Shown piece after piece: positions 13,352 through 21,899 of a stretch of 32,000 nucleotides of DNA. Source of the stretch: Xylanibacter ruminicola 23 (lineage in GTDB: Bacteria > Bacteroidota > Bacteroidia > Bacteroidales > Bacteroidaceae); assembly GCF_000025925.1 (NCBI RefSeq), contig NC_014033.1, positions 420,001 to 452,000 of the forward strand, read 5' to 3'. The notes below the pieces were generated by a model. The model made no database searches. It saw only the letters and a program-made list of their open reading frames with translations, and was not told where the DNA came from. The position numbers were made by a program, and so were the translations under genes. The first letter of the stretch is position 1, and each line of letters begins with the position of its first letter.

Positions 13352-15670
13352 CTATGCTTCTATCAGTTCTTTACCCTTTTTGAAGATAGGGGTTCCATAC
13401 CATTTCTCTTCCCAACCTTCTTCCAGTGTGCCTTCTTTACGTCTTTTCTCCATTTCTTCTATTCTGGCTGCCTCAATGATCTTCCTTAAATTAATTGGCT
13501 TGAAGTTACGTGGCATCTTCTTTATATTGTATACCACATAGTTTCCATCAGGATTGTTGTAACTAATCTTTCTCATATACTCTTCGCCACGTAGGTTATG
13601 GCCGTCAATACGATAAACCTCATACGAAGAATAATCTGTTCCAATCTCATATAATAATAGGTATTTTGCTGAAACAACATCTGGATCAACTTTCTTCACC
13701 ATACCGCTACGCTGAGACTTGTTACTATTTCTGCGGATGTTATACATCATATTTTGATGAATCCAATCCTGCTGGTTCTTATCTTTACGCCAACCTCCAA
13801 TCAGGAACACTTCATTTGCAACATTCTCAAATTCTATAAATTCATTAGTGGATGAGGTGGCACTATCCAGTTCAACCTCCAACTGGTATAATTTGTTTAA
13901 TTCGTCTGTAGGATTGGTATTCAGAGTATAGTGGCGTATGATAAAGTCCTGACTCAATTCTGCTAATAGCCTATGATTGTCCTCATAGAATTTCGCATTG
14001 TCTTCTATCCCAACATACATGAATTTCTCGTCGCTGTAAGGACGGAACACCTTGCCTATACTACTACGAAAATGCTTCTCAATAGCCCTATGCATTCCGT
14101 CAAGTGTCCGCTCGTCATTCTTGCCTTCGTCAGTATCGACCTTTGGCTTTAGCTGAAGTGAAAAGAAAGCATAATCATTCTTCAAGAATGATAATACATT
14201 CTCTCTGAATTTCTCCTTTGTTCTTTCCTTAAATTCTTTTTTCAGACCTTCGTTACTTTGTGCGTAAAGTGACAAGACAAAGAGGAAATTGATGTCGTAG
14301 TGTTGCAAAAGAAGAGTGTCTCTATCAAATAGGCGATTCTCAAAATGTCTTATGCTCTTTATCTCATCCCTTGCCTGAAGCTTATCCTCATAATACTCGC
14401 GATCCTCTTCTTTCTCGCTAATACGTGCCGAGATAAAGAAATTGGGCGTTATGCTGTATCCGTCAGTATCTTCATCCCTATAAATAAGATACGTCTTACC
14501 TATATTCTTACGTCGACCTTGTGCATCTTTCTCGTCCTCAAGGAATAAAGATAAATTATGTTGTATTACATTTCTTGCATACGTATATTGCTTGTATTCA
14601 GAATATTCTGCTACAGGCGCACCAATACCGTAATATTTTGAGTCACCAATATAGTATATTTTGTTCTTGTTAATCAAACCTTGGTATGCATATATATGGT
14701 CAACTCTCTTGCCGTCTTCCTGTGCTTTCAAGTCTCCAATGTCAAGTCCCTTATCTGATAGCAACTCATCAACCATAGACTCGAACACAATATGATAGTC
14801 TGTCACAATAAGGAAATCTTTATATTGTTTGTCGCTATGAATGCTTGTCGCCCTTTCAAAGAAATTATTACAAAGATTCCATAACTGGAGATCTTTGTCT
14901 GAGAAGTACTTGTATCGTATCTGTTTTAAACGAACTTCTCCATAATAATCTATCCAGTTTTCAAACTCCACATCAGTTAACAGTTCATAGTTGTAATTCA
15001 CTGTCACCTCAAATCCGAACACTCTCTTCATGTAGTTCAAGATGGAGTAGAATATTACCAACAGTTCTTCATCAAAGTTTACTTGTCTTTTCTTGTTTAC
15101 AAGGTCAAGATATATTGGAGTACCGTCTTGTATTATAGCATTTTCACGGCTTACGGTCTTTGTCCAATTTATCTTGTTCATTCCACTATGCATGTTCTTC
15201 ACTATAAAGGTGAAGTAATCAGGATTTTCTTCTTGGAACTTCTGCAAAGAAAGCATAATGTCCAAATAGGTGTTCGACACCTTGTCGCCTTGCATGCCAA
15301 CGGCACTGATGTCCTTCATCTTTACGATACCTGAGTCGGGATTCAACCTCACAAACTCTTTTAATCCCCGATATAACCAGACAGTAAACTTGTATAGGAA
15401 CTGATAGTCGCTTGTACCATACTCTGTGTTTTCCTGCAACTTCTCTACATCCACCACATCATTAGGGTTGTACCTGCCAAATAGCAATCCATTCTCGCTG
15501 AGTACGACTTTAGGTAGGAAGAATACACAATCACCAAGTTGTGCGCTATAGTAATAGCCCACATAGTTCTTGCTTTTCGTGCCATCCCTCCACGTCAAGT
15601 CGCCCATTAGTCGTCCAAGCGAGTCAATTGCTTTGGGACTGTAGTGATAACCCTCTATCAGTAGTTTCAT
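13352..15670 (-). CDS. McrC-like / LlaJI R2-type restriction endonuclease subunit (772 aa)
   Basis: It overlaps the stop of the upstream McrB-like gene by 4 nt (ATGA). A PD-(D/E)xK-like segment reads YYIGDSKYY. It is much larger than E. coli McrC as I recall it. Confidence 0.7.
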   Translation of the reverse strand: MKLLIEGYHYSPKAIDSLGRLMGDLTWRDGTKSKNYVGYYYSAQLGDCVFFLPKVVLSENGLLFGRYNPNDVVDVEKLQENTEYGTSDYQFLYKFTVWLYRGLKEFVRLNPDSGIVKMKDISAVGMQGDKVSNTYLDIMLSLQKFQEENPDYFTFIVKNMHSGMNKINWTKTVSRENAIIQDGTPIYLDLVNKKRQVNFDEELLVIFYSILNYMKRVFGFEVTVNYNYELLTDVEFENWIDYYGEVRLKQIRYKYFSDKDLQLWNLCNNFFERATSIHSDKQYKDFLIVTDYHIVFESMVDELLSDKGLDIGDLKAQEDGKRVDHIYAYQGLINKNKIYYIGDSKYYGIGAPVAEYSEYKQYTYARNVIQHNLSLFLEDEKDAQGRRKNIGKTYLIYRDEDTDGYSITPNFFISARISEKEEDREYYEDKLQARDEIKSIRHFENRLFDRDTLLLQHYDINFLFVLSLYAQSNEGLKKEFKERTKEKFRENVLSFLKNDYAFFSLQLKPKVDTDEGKNDERTLDGMHRAIEKHFRSSIGKVFRPYSDEKFMYVGIEDNAKFYEDNHRLLAELSQDFIIRHYTLNTNPTDELNKLYQLEVELDSATSSTNEFIEFENVANEVFLIGGWRKDKNQQDWIHQNMMYNIRRNSNKSQRSGMVKKVDPDVVSAKYLLLYEIGTDYSSYEVYRIDGHNLRGEEYMRKISYNNPDGNYVVYNIKKMPRNFKPINLRKIIEAARIEEMEKRRKEGTLEEGWEEKWYGTPIFKKGKELIEA

Positions 15671-18102
15671 GCCTGAGTCTCGTTGTTGCTGTTTTGTTCT
15701 TCGTTTACATCTTTGTTTTCGTTATCGGCTTTAGTCTTTGGGGCCTTCGCCATAACGTTCTTAACAAAAACACTCATAGTATCCACATTCACTGATCCGT
15801 CATCATTGTAAAAACTTTTAAACGTAATCTTTTCAGTTTTTCCATCTTTGTCTTTCTTGTCGAATATCTCAGACTTGAACCCGTAGACTTTAAACACATC
15901 ATTCCACAAATAGAATACCACCTTGTTGACAAACGTTTCTTTCTTTACCACACCATCTTGAGCCTTACAGAAGAAGAATCCCAATTTCTTGTCCTCGCTG
16001 TGTGTTGTAATATCAACGACCTCATTAATACCTTGTATGAAGGCCCACCAAGAGTTGTCTCCAAGTCCTTCTATCTGCCAATTCATTAGGTCGCCATTTT
16101 TGTCCTTGCCCTGAGCTATTGGCGTATACACCCAATCCCAACGGCGCTTGAATGCTGAATCAATGGGGAACAAACTTTGGTCGCTGGTGTTCATTGTTGC
16201 CCATATATAGAAGTTTGGTGGAAATAGTAGTACACGACCTTCTTGTACATCTTCAGAAAGCGTCTTACCATAGTTACTTGTATACTCAATTACACCATCA
16301 ATATCAATATCTTTAGATAACATGAATTCTCCTTCCTCGTTGAATGCTGTTTTAATGGCATCACGCAAATCAGAATCTGCCTCAATGGGATAAACGGAGA
16401 ATCCGTTGTCAGCACGATCTAGGAGTTGGAAGATGTCGCCGAAAATCTGAGCGCAGTTCCCACGATTTATTTCCTCAATAACCAAGAACTGAGGATCAAT
16501 TTGTTCATTCGCATCATCATTAATTACAGGAGTACCCCCTTCTTCTATTATTTGTTTAAGTTTTTCCCATGCTTCATCAAAATCTTTACTGTATCCCTTT
16601 AGAATACCTATGAGTGTACTTTCTAATTTTGAAACCTTTGTTTCATCTGACTCATAAAACTTACGTTGCAGAGTTGCTCTCTTTTTGCCTCGTGCTTCAA
16701 CATTAATAGTTAACGTCTCATTATCATCAGTAACACCTTTGATAATATATGTCTGCGTCTTTTGAACTACGACACGTCTTTTTTCATTAACAGCTGAGAC
16801 AAGTATTTCCCAACCATGCTCAAAACTATTCTCAGAGCAATCTGCAATTTTATTTACTATCCAATTAGCTATAGCATGTTGGACAGATTTTCCTGTTTGA
16901 GGCCCTGTTGGCAAGCCAAATATACCGTTGTTCCATAGATTGGGCCATTCTTTCAATACTAAAGACTTGGGAAACTGGAATTCTCTTGATAATATTAACT
17001 CATAATCACCTACAGAGTTAATAACATAACGACCATTGTCTGTGTTAAATTCACGAATTGTAGAAGTACTTACTATCGAACAACCATCCGAATATTTTTT
17101 CCATGCACCAAGATATGCTTTAAGGAATGCTTGTTTAACAAACTGATATGTAATTATGGGCTCCTCAATAGGCTTCCCGTTTTCAGTCAATGGGCCTTGC
17201 GCACCATAAACTCTACCTTTCCCAATAGATGGCTTATATGCTCCTACAAATGTTGAATAGTCACTGTCGGGATGAAATGTAGTTCGGACAACCGCCTTAC
17301 CTTCAGTCTGTTTGCTTATTTCATGGGACTTTCCGGTTCCAGGGGCACCATAGAAAATTTGTTGTAAGGGCACTTCTTTTGTGAGCAAAAATTGGGGAGT
17401 AACAATGTGAGGTGCATTCTTTACAACGTTCATTGCTTTTTCAATATCACCAATATGCAATTCGTCTCTATTTCTCATATACCACAAAAAATATTCAGGT
17501 TTAAACAATAATAAATTAAATGAATTACTAGCAGTAAATTTTTTTTCATGAAGATAAATCCCCTTGATATAAGCTTCCCTTGCATTTTCTCCATATGTTT
17601 GGAAAACCGAAGTCGGGCTGATCTTCTCGGTTTCTGATTTACATAACACTTCTGCAGGCATTCCTGCAAAAAGAACATTTTTGCAATTCTTGTCTTGCTT
17701 ATATATTCCAATACAATAACATTCTAAATTCTTTAATTCACCATTTGCATCTCGAAAATTTGTGGCAGCTTTGTATCTTGCAAGATCAGTACTCCAAGAG
17801 GTTCCTGGAGTAAGCTGTGTGCGTAGTTCGTCATCATGAGATCTGCCAGCACCGCCCTCATAAAGAATAAAGGTATACACAAAGAAGGTGTTTTTACTAA
17901 ACTCGTCGCTAGCAAATCTTCCTTTTAAAAGTGCATCTGTTCTTGATCCTTTGCCTTTCTTAGACAAGACTTCAAATTTGAAAAGGCGCGGGAAGTGTTT
18001 CTCCATTTGAAAAAGGAACTCTTCGTCTGCATTGTAGTCAGTAAAAGGTTTACCTTCTATCAATGGATAATCTGAACTATATGTGTTAACTATCTTGGGC
18101 AT
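15667..18102 (-). CDS. McrB-like AAA+ GTPase / LlaJI R1-type restriction subunit (811 aa)
   Basis: Walker A is GAPGTGKS (aa 252-259). Other motifs: TTFHPDSDYSTFVGAYKP, Walker B/McrB signature FLVIEEINRGN (aa 539-549), ATMNTSDQS, AFKRRWDW. Confidence 0.85.
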   Translation of the reverse strand: MPKIVNTYSSDYPLIEGKPFTDYNADEEFLFQMEKHFPRLFKFEVLSKKGKGSRTDALLKGRFASDEFSKNTFFVYTFILYEGGAGRSHDDELRTQLTPGTSWSTDLARYKAATNFRDANGELKNLECYCIGIYKQDKNCKNVLFAGMPAEVLCKSETEKISPTSVFQTYGENAREAYIKGIYLHEKKFTASNSFNLLLFKPEYFLWYMRNRDELHIGDIEKAMNVVKNAPHIVTPQFLLTKEVPLQQIFYGAPGTGKSHEISKQTEGKAVVRTTFHPDSDYSTFVGAYKPSIGKGRVYGAQGPLTENGKPIEEPIITYQFVKQAFLKAYLGAWKKYSDGCSIVSTSTIREFNTDNGRYVINSVGDYELILSREFQFPKSLVLKEWPNLWNNGIFGLPTGPQTGKSVQHAIANWIVNKIADCSENSFEHGWEILVSAVNEKRRVVVQKTQTYIIKGVTDDNETLTINVEARGKKRATLQRKFYESDETKVSKLESTLIGILKGYSKDFDEAWEKLKQIIEEGGTPVINDDANEQIDPQFLVIEEINRGNCAQIFGDIFQLLDRADNGFSVYPIEADSDLRDAIKTAFNEEGEFMLSKDIDIDGVIEYTSNYGKTLSEDVQEGRVLLFPPNFYIWATMNTSDQSLFPIDSAFKRRWDWVYTPIAQGKDKNGDLMNWQIEGLGDNSWWAFIQGINEVVDITTHSEDKKLGFFFCKAQDGVVKKETFVNKVVFYLWNDVFKVYGFKSEIFDKKDKDGKTEKITFKSFYNDDGSVNVDTMSVFVKNVMAKAPKTKADNENKDVNEEQNSNNETQA

Positions 18103-18108
18103 TATGCA

Positions 18109-19137
18109 TTACTTAAAATATTCATTTTTAATCTGTTTTGCAACAACCTCAACTAAAACTGGAGGAACAGCATTGCCAATCAACCTCCATTGATCAGAGA
18201 ATTTGCCTAAGAATACATAATCGTCAGGAAAAGATTGAATCCTTTGGATTTCTTGTATTCTTAGGAAACGATTTTTCCAATGAAACGGTCCCATATTATT
18301 TGAAAAACTTGCCTGAATAGTCCATGAAGGCTTTTCTGGTGATAATTTTAAAAGGAAAGACCAATATCTTGACCTCCATTTGAAAATGGGTTCAGGATAA
18401 CCACGTTCTTTTGTAAAAAAGAGATAATTGTCACCGGGAGGGACAAGTTTCAACAATTCTTTGTGTTTTGAACCTGCCTGTTTATCTTTATCTTCAGGAA
18501 GATCAAAATCAATGTTTCCAATAACATCACCGCAAGTTACCCATTTCTTGTGAGTTTCATCACCTAACTCAGAATGGGTTTCCTCTGGGAAGATGAAATC
18601 TGGCATATCTTTACGTACGCCAACACATATAAAACGTTGCCTTATTTGGGGTACGCCGTAATTTGCTGCGTTGACCACACGATATACAATCTTATAGCCA
18701 AGCCTTTGGGATTCACTTTGTACCATCTCTAAAGCCGCCTGATGTGGTTTGTAAACAAACCCTGCAACATTCTCAAAGAAGAAGAATTTTGGTTTTAATT
18801 CTTCCAAAGCTCTAAAATAATTGCTTACAGTTAAGAATCCGCTTTCATCTTCAAGACCGCGTTTCTTGTCTGTTCTATAGAATCTGGACTTCGAAAATGG
18901 AGGACATGGAGGGCCTCCAACTAATCCGTCAATATCTCCGTACTTCTTCTTAATCTCTTTAAAATCGACATCGGCTATACTTGCACATACGACCTCTGCA
19001 TCAGGATAATTCGCTTTAAAACTATCGCACGCATTCTGCCAATTGTCATTGGCAAATACAGTTTGAAATCCTGCGTGACTGAAGCCTGTGTCAATACCAC
19101 CAACGCCAGAGAATATGCTAACTATTTTGGGTTTCAT
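18109..19137 (-). CDS. DNA (cytosine-5) methyltransferase (342 aa)
   Basis: Motif I IFSGVGGIDTGF, motif IV GGPPCPPFS, motif VI FFFENVAGF, motif VIII QIRQRF, motif X GNAVPP. Confidence 0.9.
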   Translation of the reverse strand: MKPKIVSIFSGVGGIDTGFSHAGFQTVFANDNWQNACDSFKANYPDAEVVCASIADVDFKEIKKKYGDIDGLVGGPPCPPFSKSRFYRTDKKRGLEDESGFLTVSNYFRALEELKPKFFFFENVAGFVYKPHQAALEMVQSESQRLGYKIVYRVVNAANYGVPQIRQRFICVGVRKDMPDFIFPEETHSELGDETHKKWVTCGDVIGNIDFDLPEDKDKQAGSKHKELLKLVPPGDNYLFFTKERGYPEPIFKWRSRYWSFLLKLSPEKPSWTIQASFSNNMGPFHWKNRFLRIQEIQRIQSFPDDYVFLGKFSDQWRLIGNAVPPVLVEVVAKQIKNEYFK

Positions 19138-20321
19138 TATATAAACTTAATTAGATGTTCAACAAACTTTTCGCCTAAGAGGGAAGGTACAGCATTACCA
19201 ATCTGTTTCTGAATAATTCTCCTTGATCCCACGAACTTGTAGTCCATTGGGAAGGTTTGAATAGCAGCAACTTCTTGTGCCCTTAATCTTCTATTATTCC
19301 AGTGGAAAGGGCCGACCCACGGTCCTGGTTGTGCAGCTATTGTCCATGAGGGCTGCAAAGGATGTAGTTTTAACAAGAAATTCCAGAAACGCTTATTCGC
19401 AACAAATTTTGGATTAGGATAGTTGTCCCTAGCAGACAACGCAATATAATTGTGTCCTGGTGGTATCTCAGAAAGTTCATAGTCGTATGTCTTACCTTCT
19501 GTTGACTCTTCATTTTCTGATAACTCTGGCTTATCAAATCTGCCTATCCAATCCAAAACACTAACTTTCTCAACCTCCTCCGGTGCCAATTTAGTTGGTT
19601 GCCCGCTAATAGGTTTTTTACTTGCAAGGAATAATACCCTTTTCCTTTTTTGTGGTATTCCGTATTCTAAAGCATTAGCGAGTATCCGAACAAAATGATA
19701 TCCCATACGAGTAATCTTTTCCTCGATATAATCAACTGCTGCCTTATTCGTCGGATGAAGAATGCTTTCAACATTCTCCAACAAGAAACCATCAGGCCGT
19801 ATTTCCTCTATTATACGTAAATACTCACCAACCATATTTCTTTCATCATCAACGGCTTTTCTCTTTTCATTTGTAATCCAATAGCCTGCTTTAGAAAATG
19901 GCTGGCAAGGCGGCCCACCTACTATTATTAACTTATCTGGATTTGAACTGCGAAGCAAAGCGGAGTAATCTTTTCCAGATACGTTACGTATATCAGCACA
20001 ATTATGTTCTGCAAATTTAAAGAATTCATTTGCCTTAACTGTTTCGACTGTAGCTGGCTCGAAATCAAGTGTTGATATAATTCTTGCTCCAGCCATTTGG
20101 GTACCAATATCCAACCCACCACAACCGGAAAAGAAAGAAATAGCCTGTACTTTTGATTCGGCCAATTTTTCTATCATAGGTTTACACAGATAATTTCGAT
20201 CCGTGTAATTCAGAGTGAACCCCACATTATCTTGTTGACAATTGCCTAAAGAGTTCACAAAAACATCATACTGATGTGGACAAATATTAGAGAGATATTT
20301 CTTTTCAAGTATATATTTCAT
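19137..20321 (-). CDS. DNA (cytosine-5) methyltransferase (394 aa)
   Basis: Motif I FFSGCGGLDIG, motif IV GGPPCQPFS, motif VI LLENVESI, motif VIII QKRKRV, motif X GNAVPS. Its stop overlaps the next start (TAATG). Confidence 0.9.
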   Translation of the reverse strand: MKYILEKKYLSNICPHQYDVFVNSLGNCQQDNVGFTLNYTDRNYLCKPMIEKLAESKVQAISFFSGCGGLDIGTQMAGARIISTLDFEPATVETVKANEFFKFAEHNCADIRNVSGKDYSALLRSSNPDKLIIVGGPPCQPFSKAGYWITNEKRKAVDDERNMVGEYLRIIEEIRPDGFLLENVESILHPTNKAAVDYIEEKITRMGYHFVRILANALEYGIPQKRKRVLFLASKKPISGQPTKLAPEEVEKVSVLDWIGRFDKPELSENEESTEGKTYDYELSEIPPGHNYIALSARDNYPNPKFVANKRFWNFLLKLHPLQPSWTIAAQPGPWVGPFHWNNRRLRAQEVAAIQTFPMDYKFVGSRRIIQKQIGNAVPSLLGEKFVEHLIKFI

Positions 20322-20416
20322 TTTTTCTTATGCGGAAAGTTTATTGGCTTTATTCATACAATTTGGACATTCCTATTACATGTATTGTCCATTTATGTAT
20401 TGCCATATTCATTGAT

Positions 20417-20695
20417 TTAATCTAAGAATAGCCAACTATTTGCAATGTCGCTTATTTTGTCGCAGTCGGACTCTGTTTTGCCATCATTTCCTGTGCGCAC
20501 TAAATCCTTAAGTGGGTACAACTCAGTGGTCTTCCCAACCTTAATCTTCTCTTTAGAATCAGCCTTAATTGTGATTTTTCCACAACGGCGCCCAATAGCG
20601 AGGACATCATCATCGTTATACGGCTGCTTGACGTAATCGTCAACAATATCAGTTATGCGCAACTCAAGTGCGCGTATGTCCAATATGCTACTCAT
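20417..20695 (-). CDS. Hypothetical small protein (92 aa) upstream of, and co-oriented with, the methyltransferase genes
   Basis: The ORF is preceded by a -7-like box TACCTTTG (plus-strand 20724-20731). No HTH is evident. Confidence 0.5.
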   Translation of the reverse strand: MSSILDIRALELRITDIVDDYVKQPYNDDDVLAIGRRCGKITIKADSKEKIKVGKTTELYPLKDLVRTGNDGKTESDCDKISDIANSWLFLD

Positions 20696-20910
20696 ATTTT
20701 TAGTTCTCTTGATTAATCAGCCACAAAGGTACGAAAAAAAAAAGAGAATATTGCGGGTTATGCGAGATTTTATACATAATTTAATAAAAGTTTCTCCGGT
20801 GGCTAACATCAAGTGTTCTGCAGAAACCTCTCTACATACTCCGTGGCATGATTCTTCATATTATTGCCTTCCTGTATTTTTGTGTGCTCGGTCAGACCGA
20901 TGAAAATGCA

Positions 20911-21306
20911 TTATTTCGGCAGCCATTCCTTGGGAATCTTGCATTTGCAGTCGCTAAAAGGATCTATTTCAATGGAATCACCGTACATGTCGAATACTTT
21001 ATCGAAGTCGGCTTCGCGGTAGTCTTCGATATCGTCTTCGTCGAGCTTGATATCGTTGCCATAATTATTCATGCCGTCGATGAGCAGTTCAAGGAATAAT
21101 GGGTGGAAGATGGCATCCCAAAATTTGTCATACAGTTCTGGGGTTTCATCGGATAGGAGTGGCAATAGGCTTTCGTCAGCTCTTTCTGCGTTGTTGGCTA
21201 TTACCTCCTTTATTTGGGTTGCTTCTTCGTCGGTGAAATCTGCCTCGACCTCAATGTTTTTGTCGCTGTAGGTCAGTGGTATTACTACTTGAAATTTGTA
21301 CTTCAT
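20911..21306 (-). CDS. Hypothetical, strongly acidic protein (131 aa)
   Basis: By my count roughly a quarter of residues are D or E, against about 13 K or R. It is preceded by a -7 box TATCTTTG (plus-strand 21343-21350). Confidence 0.55.
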   Translation of the reverse strand: MKYKFQVVIPLTYSDKNIEVEADFTDEEATQIKEVIANNAERADESLLPLLSDETPELYDKFWDAIFHPLFLELLIDGMNNYGNDIKLDEDDIEDYREADFDKVFDMYGDSIEIDPFSDCKCKIPKEWLPK

Positions 21307-21394
21307 TATAGTAAGATATTTATGTTACTAGTAATCTGCCCACAAAGATAGGGAAATATTTCAAAATAACGAAACAATCCCTTGAAATTTTGAT

Positions 21395-21435
21395 AAAAAA
21401 AACAGGCTGATATCCGGGTTAGGGATATCAGCCTG
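21395..21435 (-). terminator. Rho-independent terminator of the gene at 21442-21855
   Basis: A 13-bp perfect stem CAGGCTGATATCC/GGATATCAGCCTG (21403-21415 and 21423-21435) is followed on the minus strand by T8 (21395-21402). It coincides with the compositional boundary. Confidence 0.8.
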
Positions 21436-21441
21436 ATTGAG

Positions 21442-21855
21442 TTATAGCATCCGCCAGGCGCGGAGGAGGGGGATGGGGTCGCGACAGTTGGGACCGTTTT
21501 CCTGGATGGCCATGGCGGCGGCGAGCAGTAGCCAGTTGGCGGGGTGCTGCTGCGGATCGCCCAGGTCGTCGTCGGGGCCTATGCCGGTGGTGGCGGATAC
21601 ATTGCTGATATAGGCCTCGGTGTTGTTCTCGGTGGGCGGCGCCCATTTCTCTACTATCTTGCGGATAGTGTAAAGGCGGTACTTGTGGTAGTAAGTGCGC
21701 GTTAGCAGCACAAGGGCGGCACGCCAGCCATACTCCATTTGTTTAAACTGACAGAATGCCACATCTGTCTGTTGGGCGCTGAGGCCCTTCCACTGGTCAG
21801 CTGAGCGACGGATGTTGAGTGGATTACAATTTCTAATTCCTCGAGACATGTACAT
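21442..21855 (-). CDS. Conserved hypothetical protein with an N-terminal RNCNPLNIR motif (resembles the RNNNPGNIR motif of some phage or virion-associated proteins; unverified)
   Basis: 137-aa ORF in the GC-rich block with a terminator downstream. The alternative start is the third codon (21849). Confidence 0.55.
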   Translation of the reverse strand: MYMSRGIRNCNPLNIRRSADQWKGLSAQQTDVAFCQFKQMEYGWRAALVLLTRTYYHKYRLYTIRKIVEKWAPPTENNTEAYISNVSATTGIGPDDDLGDPQQHPANWLLLAAAMAIQENGPNCRDPIPLLRAWRML

Positions 21856-21882
21856 TAAAGATTAAAGATTAAACATTTTTTT
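21856..21882 (-). repeat. Tandem 7-nt repeat (AATGTTT/AATCTTT, about 4 units on the minus strand) abutting a start codon
   Basis: The minus strand reads AATGTTT AATCTTT AATCTTT AATGTAC ATG. The same heptad array occurs at 29611-29653. Confidence 0.7.
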
Positions 21883-21899
21883 GCAAAGCGAGCGAAACA

